From Smithellaceae bacterium (GTDB lineage: Bacteria > Desulfobacterota > Syntrophia > Syntrophales > Smithellaceae): 64,000 bases of DNA. The notes below the pieces were generated by a model. It saw nothing but the letters and a program-made list of their open reading frames with translations, was not told where the DNA came from and searched no databases. The stretch covers positions 64,001 to 128,000 of the forward strand of contig CAXXVL010000001.1 of assembly GCA_963667845.2 (NCBI GenBank). The letters are read 5' to 3'. The translations under genes were made by a program, and so were the position numbers. Numbering within the stretch: position 1 is the stretch's first letter; the number at the start of each line of letters is the position of its first letter. Positions 39,253 to 49,100 of this stretch are shown here, one piece after another.

Positions 39253-41064
39253 TTACATCTCCACCCTCGTGACAATCCCCTGCAGGCGGCTGGGCGGCAG
39301 CTTACTGAACTGGACGAAATTGGGCGTGACCCGTTTAATCAGACTGAAGACGCGCCAGACGGGATTGCGCGTCACGATGTCTTCCACACCGTAAAAGATA
39401 ACCTTTTCCTGAATGCCCTGTTCCTTGATCAGTGCCTCCAGATCGAAAATTTCGCGGTAGCCTGCCCACACTTCGAGCGCTTCCAGACCCGGCGCCAGGT
39501 CCTGCTTCATCTGAACCTTGAGGCCGTAGGGTTCATCGGTGCGGGTGATGGAAATCAGGATATTGCGCTCGTAGATGATGTTGCTGCGGAAGATGCTGTG
39601 AACGATATAGGGCGAGATCATCTGGTAGCCCCGGCAGAAATACAGGGCCGTACCCGCGATGTTTCTTCCTTTGGCGTAGATTTGTTCATAACTGATGATA
39701 AAGGTTTCAAAATCCAGCGGCCTGAGCGACCTGAAGAGCCGGTCCTGACCTCTCGTCCAGGTGAGAATCAGGCCAAGCGGGATGGCGGCCAGGATGAGCG
39801 ACCAATAGGCGCCGTGGGGGATTTTACTGAGCGTGGAGATGAAGAAAGTCAGGGCGATGGCGCTCACGATGACGGCAAAGGGCAGCTTCCATCGCCATTT
39901 TTTGATCTGCGAGAGCACGAGAATCATCATCAGGCCGGTAATCGTCATCGAGCCGGTCACGGCCATGCCGTAGGCTGCAGCCAGATTTTCCGATTTTTGA
40001 AAGATCAGAATCATCAGAATGACGGCGCACATCAGCGTCCCGTTCACGACGGGGATGAAGATCTGTGATTTCCGCTGGCTCGACGTGTAGGCCACCTTCA
40101 TGAGCGGCATGAGCCTCGTGGTAATTCCCTGGTAAACGATGGAAAACGTTCCGCTGATGATGGACTGCGAAGCAATAATAGTTGCCCCGACGGTGAGGAT
40201 GAGAAACGGAATGTAAAGATAGGAGGCCTGGTGCTGAACCATGCCGAAAAGCAGATATTTGACGTCCGGATGTGCAATCGCGAAGACGCCCTGACCCATA
40301 TAATTAAGAAGGATGGCGGCAAACACGAAATACCAGGCATTCAGGATCGGTTTTCTCCCCAGGTGCCCCATATCGGCATACATGGCCTCGCCGCCCGTGG
40401 CACACAAGATGACCTCGGAGAGGACAAAGAAACCGGCGAGCCCGTTTTCCGAAAGAAATTTAAACGCGTAGTAAGGACTGACGGCTTTCAAAATTCCCGG
40501 CATCGTGACGATGGATACCACGCCCGTTACGGCCAGACAAATGAACCAGACCAGCATGATCGGCCCGAAGACGCCGGCGACTTTATCCGTTCCCCGGGAT
40601 TGAACGGCAAACAGAATAATGGCGATCATGACGGCAATCAGAATCAGGAAGTGCAATTGGAGATCTTGCATGCCGGGGACCAGCAGGATGCCTTCCACGG
40701 CGGACAAAAGTGTGATCGCCGGTGTGATGACCCCGTCGCCCAGCAGAAGCGAGACCCCGATAAAGGCCAAAAATCCGGCAAAGGCGAACTTGCGTCCCGG
40801 TTTAATCGTTTTTGACAGGATCTCCCGGAGCATGATTTCTCCGCCCTGTCCTTTATAGGAAAGGCTCATGGCCAGCCAGGCGTACTCGGCGGTGACGAGA
40901 ATCATCAGTGTCCAGACCACGAGGGAAAGGATTCCCAATACGTTCTCCTGGGTTCTCGGGGTGAGAGCAAATACAACGGTCAACGTATAGATGGGGCTTG
41001 TGCCGATGTCTCCGAACACAATTCCCATGGAGCGGACAATGCCACCCAGGAAAGAATCCTGCAT
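39253..41064 (-). CDS. kup: KUP/HAK/KT potassium transporter
   Basis: GIVFGDIGTSPIY, GDGVITPAI, GGEAMYADMGH, IIASQ..ISG.FS, LAAAYGMAV. Confidence 0.95.
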   Translation of the reverse strand: MQDSFLGGIVRSMGIVFGDIGTSPIYTLTVVFALTPRTQENVLGILSLVVWTLMILVTAEYAWLAMSLSYKGQGGEIMLREILSKTIKPGRKFAFAGFLAFIGVSLLLGDGVITPAITLLSAVEGILLVPGMQDLQLHFLILIAVMIAIILFAVQSRGTDKVAGVFGPIMLVWFICLAVTGVVSIVTMPGILKAVSPYYAFKFLSENGLAGFFVLSEVILCATGGEAMYADMGHLGRKPILNAWYFVFAAILLNYMGQGVFAIAHPDVKYLLFGMVQHQASYLYIPFLILTVGATIIASQSIISGTFSIVYQGITTRLMPLMKVAYTSSQRKSQIFIPVVNGTLMCAVILMILIFQKSENLAAAYGMAVTGSMTITGLMMILVLSQIKKWRWKLPFAVIVSAIALTFFISTLSKIPHGAYWSLILAAIPLGLILTWTRGQDRLFRSLRPLDFETFIISYEQIYAKGRNIAGTALYFCRGYQMISPYIVHSIFRSNIIYERNILISITRTDEPYGLKVQMKQDLAPGLEALEVWAGYREIFDLEALIKEQGIQEKVIFYGVEDIVTRNPVWRVFSLIKRVTPNFVQFSKLPPSRLQGIVTRVEM

Positions 41065-41726
41065 GTTTTTTTTCAAGGTGATCCTCGCAATAAATGTGAG
41101 TGCTCCAATATCATCGAAAGAAGGGGCGGTCAAGCCGGGTAATTGGCCGTAAAACAGTCTTGGGCCGCATTATGAAATTGACAAGGCCGGTTTTCTTCTT
41201 ACAGCGAAACACCTCCGAAACGAGACAATTTTCACTAAAACATTTTGATTTCATTGAACTATATATGGTTTCGGAGGGAAACAATTGATCGTTGCGAACT
41301 CAAGATCATCACGAAAAAGGGCAGGGAAGGGCGGGCGGACCACGGCGGGAGCATCCACGATGATCGGACGACCCGCCGGAGCATCCGGGAAATGATATCA
41401 GCAACCACTGCGACGCTGAATTCACTTCGCTAATGCGCCCCGCTTGCCCGAAATAGTATTTTTCCAGGGAACGTTTGAACTTGAGGAGTTGACAATAAGT
41501 CAATCAATATGCAATATTATTACCAACGCTGATAGACATTTTGTGGCACCACCGGTCATCCAGCCAGCCTGCGGGATAAATCATCGATTGTCAAATCCAG
41601 AGAAACCGGTTTCTCGATTTTCAATATCCAACTGCCTTTCCGCCGATTGATCAAGAAGCATTGTGACCGGCCATCGTCCATTGATTGTAACTAAACATTA
41701 GAAATGACCCTTTGAGGAAAATAGCT

Positions 41727-42824
41727 ATGAGAATTGCTGTTTTAACGGGCGGCGGCGACTGCCCGGGCTTAAACGGTGCGATCAAATGGGTGACCAAAAC
41801 GGCTCTTGATCCTCTTCTCGGGAAGAAGCGGTCCGTCACCTTTGACGTCATCGGCATTAAAGACGGGTGGAAGGGCCTTGCGGAGGTCGATCCCGAAATC
41901 CCGGAGAGCCGGGCCCGGCATACGGTGAAGCTGGACGAAGAAATCGTGCGCACGTGGGACCGCCATGGAGGAACCAATCTCGGAACGTCCCGGACCAATC
42001 CTTTTAATCCCGGGAAGGACGCGTCGGCAAAAGTTCTGGAGAATATCGCCAGGCTGGGCATTGACGTTATTGTGGCCATCGGCGGCGAGGATACCCTGGG
42101 TGTGGCCGCCAAACTACACCGCCTCGGCATCAAGACTATCGGCATTCCCAAGACCATCGACGGTGATCTGGTGGGTACCGACTATTCACTGGGCTTCGAT
42201 TCGGCGGTGAATATCATCATGGAAGAAATCGACCGTCTCCGGACAACCGCCGGTTCCCATAACCGGATATTTGTCGTGGAGACCATGGGCCGGCATGCGG
42301 GCTGGCTCGCCCTGCAGGGCGGCGAGTGCAGCGGCGCTTACATCATTCTGATTCCCGAGCACCCTTTTGATATGGAGCGGGTCTGCGCGCTTCTCGAGGA
42401 ACGCCGCGGCCGGGAGGTTCAGTACAGCATCATCGTCGTGTCCGAGGGAGCGAAGATGACCAGCCATGAAGAATTCTGCAAGAATAATAAATTGGACGAG
42501 TTCGGGCACCGGTCACTGGGCGGCATTGCCGCTTATATCGCGCAGGAAATCGAGGGGAAAACGGGACTGGAAACCCGCTACGTGATTTTGAGCCATCTGC
42601 AACGGGGCGGGGCGCCGTCGGCCCGGGACCGGCTGATGGCCCGGTGGTTCGGGATCGCGGCCGTGGATCTGATTATCAACGAGGATTTCGGCCGGATGGT
42701 GAGCCTGCACCAGGGTGAGATCACGTCAGTGCCCATGAAAGATGTTACCGATCACCTCAATCTCATCGATGTGGATAAATATTACGATACCGAACGTTAT
42801 AACGGCAGACGATCCATCCTCTAA
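41727..42824 (+). CDS. pfkA: 6-phosphofructokinase with PPi-type signature
   Basis: LTGGGDCPGLN, GGTNLGTSR, GGEDT, PKTIDGD, VETMGRHAGW, LSHLQRGG. Confidence 0.9.
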   Translation: MRIAVLTGGGDCPGLNGAIKWVTKTALDPLLGKKRSVTFDVIGIKDGWKGLAEVDPEIPESRARHTVKLDEEIVRTWDRHGGTNLGTSRTNPFNPGKDASAKVLENIARLGIDVIVAIGGEDTLGVAAKLHRLGIKTIGIPKTIDGDLVGTDYSLGFDSAVNIIMEEIDRLRTTAGSHNRIFVVETMGRHAGWLALQGGECSGAYIILIPEHPFDMERVCALLEERRGREVQYSIIVVSEGAKMTSHEEFCKNNKLDEFGHRSLGGIAAYIAQEIEGKTGLETRYVILSHLQRGGAPSARDRLMARWFGIAAVDLIINEDFGRMVSLHQGEITSVPMKDVTDHLNLIDVDKYYDTERYNGRRSIL

Positions 42825-42825
42825 C

Positions 42826-42974
42826 AGGGTGTTGAAAAACCCTGTTGGTGCAGGCTGTTCAAAGAGGCTTAGAGACAAGGCGTCGCGAGGATCGAGCAGC
42901 GGAGCGTACTCAAATGTACGTGAGCATGCGAGAGCCGAAGTGCAACGCAGGATATGAGCCTTTTTCAACAGCCT
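42826..42974. mobile_element. MITE-like non-autonomous element (~150 bp)
   Basis: Terminal IR AGGGTGTTGAAAAA / TTTTTCAACAGCCT (13/14), an internal AGGCTGTTCAAA copy, no credible ORF; starts right after the pfk stop. Confidence 0.7.
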
Positions 42975-43032
42975 ACTAAGGCAAGGCCGGTAAGAAGATC
43001 ACCTTCCGGGACATGACGGTTGCTTCGACTGG

Positions 43033-43135
43033 TTAATCCCGCTCACTTGGGGACGAGCGTTGATCCTCTGTAGCTTGCTACGAAATAATGACGTTCATTT
43101 CATACCTCGACGACTTGCTGCGAGGTTGTTGATTA
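43033..43135 (+). repeat. Dispersed intergenic repeat, copy 2 (longest)
   Basis: Same core as 38088 and 53219, plus ATACCTCG..CTTGCTGCGAGGTTGTTGATT; abuts the RBS of the glucan synthase. Confidence 0.8.
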
Positions 43136-43147
43136 AGGAGATAAAAA

Positions 43148-46100
43148 TTGAATTTGTTCTACGAGACAGCAGCCGACATTTTTTTATTTTTGAAAAAGCG
43201 GTTTTCGAAAAGGAGTTTCCGGAAAAAGTATTCCCGCGATGAGTTGCCTCTGCGATCGGAATTGTTCAGTTCCGAACAGATGAAGCAGTATGGCAAGAAT
43301 CTGGCAGGCCTGCATCAATTAACCCGTAAAAAAGCAACGGAGAGACTTCTGGAGAGGCTCCAGGAGAATGACGATGTTCTGATTGAAACCATCCGGCAGC
43401 TGACCGCCGTTGTGAAGGCGGGAAGCCCCGTGGCTCCGGCGGAGGAATGGCTGCTCGATAACTTTTACTTGATTGAGGAAAATGTCCGCACGGCCAAACG
43501 CCATTTGTCCCGCGGCTTCAGCCGGAGCCTGCCCTGGCTGGCCGCCGGTCCTGCGGCCGGGCTGCCCAGGGTTTATGACATCGCGCAGGAAATCATTTCC
43601 CACGGCGACGGGAGGGTGGATCTGGAAAATCTGGTCAGCTTCGTTACCGCCTACCAGTCGGTTTCCCATTTGAGGCTCGGCGAGCTGTGGGCTCTTCCGA
43701 TCATGCTGCGTCTGGCGCTCATTGAAAATCTCCGGCGCATCGGAACGCGGATCATGGCCGACATTGCCGACCGGGCGCGCGCCAATGATTGGGCGGATCA
43801 GATGGTGGATGTCGCGAGGCGTGATCCCAAAAGCCTCGTTTTGGCCATTGCGGATATGGCCCGGTCCGATCCGCCGCTGTTGAGTCCGTTTGTCGCGGAA
43901 TTTGCCCGCCGCCTGCAGGGCAAAAGCCCGGCGCTGGCCTTTCCTCTGGGCTGGATCGAACAGCGGCTTTCCGAATCGCATCTGACCATCGAACAGATGA
44001 TCCGGTCGGGAAATCAGCAGCTGGCCGCCGACCAGGCATCGGTCAGCAACAGTATCAATTCGCTCAGATTTCTCACGACGATGGACTGGCGCGAATTTGT
44101 CGAGACCATGAGCGTGGTCGAAAACGTGCTGCTCGAAGATCCCGGCGATGTCTATAGCAGAATGGATTTCGTGACCCGCGACCGGTACCGCCATGTCGTG
44201 GAAAAAATCGCCAAGAACAGTCCGCTCTTCGAGTGGGATGTCGCGCAAAAAGCCATTGATCTGGCCAGGGCGGCCCTGTCCGACAAAAGCGGCGATGAGC
44301 GGATGACCCATGTCGGCTATTATCTGATTGATAAAGGATTGCCCGAACTCGAAAAGAGCGCGCAGATGCGCGTGACTTTTGCTGAGTCCATCTGCAGAAT
44401 TCTGGGCCGTATGCCATTATTTCTCTATATGGGAAGCATTCTTCTGATCACCTCGCTTACGGCCGGATATCTGCTTTACAGGATTCATGCGGGAGGTGTT
44501 CACGGCTTTCTCATGCTGCCTATCGCGGTAATCCTGCTACTCTCGGCAAGCTGCCTGGGTGTGGCTCTGACCAATTGGCTGGTTACGCTGATGACCTATC
44601 CTCAACCTCTGCCGCGCATGGATTTCTCTCTGGAAATCCCGCCGGAATCAAGCACGCTCGTGATCATCCCCACGATGCTCAACAGTGTTCAAAATGTCGA
44701 AGACTTGATCGAAGCACTCGAAATCCGGTTTCTGACCAACCGGGAAGATAATCTGCACTTCGGCCTGCTCACCGATTTTCGCGATGCCCCTTCAGAAAAA
44801 ATGCCGGAAGATGATGAACTTTTGCGTCTGGCCGAGAGGGGGATCAAGGACCTGCATGAGAAATACCGGGGTGTCAAAGGAGGATCTTTCTTTCTTTTTC
44901 ATCGTCCGCGCCAGTGGAATCCGGAGGAAGGCATCTGGATGGGCTACGAACGCAAACGCGGCAAGCTCGCCCAGCTTAATGCCCTGCTCAAAGGAGGCGC
45001 GAAAGATTGTTTTTCCAAGATTGTCGGCGCCACGGAATTATTAGCCAACGTGAAGTATATCATTACCCTGGACACGGACACGCAGCTGCCCCGTGATGCC
45101 GCGGAAAAATTCATCGGGACGATGGCTCATCCGCTGAACCGTCCCCAGTTTGACGAATCCAAAAGAATCATTACGGCCGGCTACGGCATTCTTCAGCCGC
45201 GCTTAACCGAAAGCTTATCCGGCGTCCGGCAGACCCGGTATTCGCGCTTGTGGGGCGGGCAGACGGGGATTGATCCCTATACGCGCATGGTTTCCGATAT
45301 CTATCAGGACGTCTTCGGCGAAGGGTCTTTTGTCGGCAAGGGCATCTATGACGTTGATGCGTTTGAAAAGGTGCTCGGCGACCGTCTTCCCGAAAACCGC
45401 ATCCTCAGTCACGATCTGATCGAGGGCTGTCACGCGCGCAGCGGACTGATCTCCGACGTGGAGCTGTATGAAGAATATCCGGCAGAGTACCGGGTGGACG
45501 TGAGTCGCAGACGCCGCTGGATTCGCGGGGACTGGCAAATCGCCGGCTGGCTGAGATCCCGGGTTCCTGTTTGGGGAGGAGGATATCAAAAAAATGTCCT
45601 GTCGTGTCTTTCCCAGTGGAAAATATTCGACAACCTGCGCCGCAGCCTCGTTCCCGCTGCTCTGACGATCACGCTTGTCGCCGGTTGGGCAATGCTCGAG
45701 CCGGCCTGGCTGTGGACGCTGTTTCTGGCGGGGATTCTGCTCATTCCTGCCGCGGGCGCAGTCCTGTTGGATCTGTGTCGTAAACCGGGAGATGTGCTGC
45801 CCGGCGATCACCTGCGCGCCATCGTGCGTCAGGCGAGGAGGCATGGCTTTCAGATATTATTTACCATCGTCTGCCTGCCGTATGAGGCCCTTTACAGTCT
45901 CGATGCGATTTTACGTACCGGTTGGCGGATGCTTGTGTCTCACAAAAAATTACTGGAGTGGAATCCCTACCAAAGCCATACGCATCGGGTCACAAGCGGC
46001 CTTGCCGAATCCTGCCGTTCCATGTGGACGGCTCCCGTCCTGTCCGCACTGGTATTGATGTATCTGTTGCTGGCGAGGCCCCAGGCGCTGTGGGCCGCCT

Positions 46101-49100
46101 TGCCCGTGCTTGTCCTCTGGTTTTTCTCCCCGGTCATTACCTGGTGGGTGAGCGCGCCTTCGGTCAAAGAAGGGATCACGCTGAAGGATGAACAAATCAT
46201 CTTCCTGGGAAAAGCAGCCCGCAGAACCTGGGCGTTTTTCGAAACGTTCGTCGCCACGGGAGATCACTGGCTTCCTCCCGACAACTATCAGGAAAATCCC
46301 GGCTCGGTGATTGCGCACCGCACGTCGCCCACCAACATGGGACTGGCGCTGCTCGCGAATTTATCGGCCTGTGATTTTGGTTATGTGACGCCGGGCGAAT
46401 TTATCCGGCGCACCGCGAATACGTTCGACTCGATGGGAAAACTGGATCGCTACCGGGGCCATTTTTACAACTGGTATGATACGCAGAGTTTAAGAACACT
46501 GCCGCCGCATTATATATCAACCGTGGACAGCGGCAATCTTTGCGGCTACCTGTTGACGCTGAAGCAGGGGCTCCTGGGCCTTCCCGACATGATTTTATCG
46601 GGGAAGCGGCTGCCCGAAGGTATTGGGGACACCTTCGGAGTTCTCAAGGACGTTGCGGGGACGTCATCCCCAGAGGAGTTGGCGGAATTTCAAAAACAGC
46701 TGGAAAAGTTTACCGGTGAGCAGGAGATAACCGCGAATGAATTATGGCAGCGTCTCGACGGGCTTGCCCAGTCTGCGTCAGCGGTTGCCGCGGCATTTGA
46801 GGCCGACGGGCAAAGTGAGGCCGGCGGATGGGCGCAGGCTCTCGTCCGCCAATGCCGCGATGCGGCGGACGAATTGATCACCTTCTGCCCCTGGGCGGCT
46901 CTTTCTGTCCCGAAGGCTGATGTCGCCAGGGTTTTCGCCGAAATCGGCATTCCCACCTTGCGGGAAACGGCAAACATGACCTCCCGGTGGGTTTCCGCCG
47001 TATCCGAGATCATCGGCCCTGCCGCCGCAGACGAAGATAAGGCCTGGTCCCGCGAGTTCGAAAAACTGGTTTCTCAGGGAAGCACGCTTGCGCGGGAGCG
47101 ACTATCCATTGTCCAAACACTCATTGACAAGGCAGGGGTGCTCGCCGATATGGATTACAGCTTCCTCTATGATAAAGGACGTCAGCTGTTAACCATCGGG
47201 TATAGTGTGGGCGATCGCCGCCGGGACCACAGCTTCTATGATCTCCTGGCATCGGAGGCCAGATTTTGCAGCTTCGTCGCTATCGCGCAGGGGCAGCTGC
47301 CGAAAGAAAACTGGTTCGCCCTGGGACGGATGCTCACCAACCCGGGAGGCGATCCGGTTCTTCTTTCCTGGGACGGATCGATGTTTGAGTACCTGATGCC
47401 GCTTCTGGTCATGCCGAATTATGAAAACACGCTTCTGGACCAGACCTACAAGGCGGCGGTGAAAGGGCAGATCGCGTACGGCGAAAAAAGAGGAGTGCCC
47501 TGGGGCATTTCGGAATCCGGTTACAATACCACCGATGTTCATCTGAACTACCAGTACCGCGCCTTCGGTGTCCCCGGTCTGGGCCTCAAGCGCGGACTTA
47601 GCGATGATCTGGTGGTCGCTCCGTATGCTTCGGCACTGGCGCTGATGGTCGCGCCCGAAGAGGCCTGTCTGAATCTCCAGCGGCTGGCCACCAAAGGCAT
47701 GCTGGGAGCGTATGGCTTTTATGAAGCACTGGATTACACCGCGACGCGTTTGCCGGCCGGTGTGGTGAGCGTTGCCGTTCGATCCTTCATGGCGCACCAT
47801 CAGGGAATGAGCCTGCTGGCCATGGCGCATCTCTTGTTGAATCGCCCGATGCAGAAGCGCTTTGAGTCCGAACCGATTTTTCAATCGGCAACGCTTTTAC
47901 TCCAGGAGCGCATTCCCAAAGCCGTTTCCTTTTACAGGCAGATTGCCGAGGATATTAATATCCGGAAAGCGCCCGGCCCGCAGAAAGTTCCGACGCGGAT
48001 CATTAATACGCCCGATACGCCCGTTCCGGAGGTGCAGTTGCTGTCCAACGGCCGGTATCATGTCATGATTACCAACGCCGGCGGCGGATACAGCCGCTGG
48101 AAGAATCTGGCAGTGACGCGCTGGAGGGAAGACGGCATCCGTGATTCCTGGGGTCAGTTCTGCTATATCCGCGACCTGGCCACGGGAGAATTCTGGTCCA
48201 ATGCCTATCAGCCGACGCTGAAAAAGCCCGACCGCTACGAGGCAATCTTCTCCGACGCAAAAGTCGAATTCCGCAGGCGGGATGATGATATCAACACCTA
48301 TACGCAAATTGCCGTGTCGCCGGAAGACGATATCGAACTCAGGCGCGTCCGCGTCACCAATCGCTCCCGGAAGCGCCGGGAACTGGACATAACCAGCTAC
48401 GCGGAAGTCGTGATTGCCGAACCCATGGCCGATGCGCTCCATCCGGCATTTGGGAACCTTTTTGTGCAGGCGGAAATTATCCCCAACCGCCAGGCGATTC
48501 TCTGCACGCGAAGACCCCGCTCCAAGGATGAACCCACCTACTGGACGTTTCATCTGATGGCCGTGCACGGCGCGGACCCGGCCGAAGCTTCTTATGAGAC
48601 GGATCGCCTGAAATTTGTCGGACGCGGAAATGCACTGTCCCGTCCCGAGGCCTTGAACGGGTCGGCAGACGGTGCGAAAGCTCTGTCAGGCACGGAGGGA
48701 TCCGTTCTGGATCCGATCGTTGCCATCCGCAGGCCGATCGAACTTGCTGCCGGAGAATCGGCGACGGTGGATATCGTTTCGGGCATCGCCGAAACCCGCG
48801 CCAAAGCCCTGGCCCTGGTTGAAAAATACCACGACAACCGCCTGGCCGACCGTGTTTTCAATCTCGCCTGGACACACAGCCAGGTCATGCTCAGACAAAT
48901 CAATGCGACCCAGGAAGACGCTCATCTATACGGGCGACTGGCAGGTTCCGTTATTTACGCCAATTCGCTCCTGCGCGCCGATCCGAAAATTATCATGAAG
49001 AACCGTCGCGGCCAATCCGGCTTGTGGGGTTACGCTATCTCCGGGGATCTCCCCATTGTGCTCCTGCAGATCGGCGACCATGCCAATATTGAACTGGTCC

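Noticed and set aside
41130..41650. c-di-AMP (ydaO) riboswitch upstream of kup
   Set aside because: I could not find the conserved core elements in order on the minus strand.
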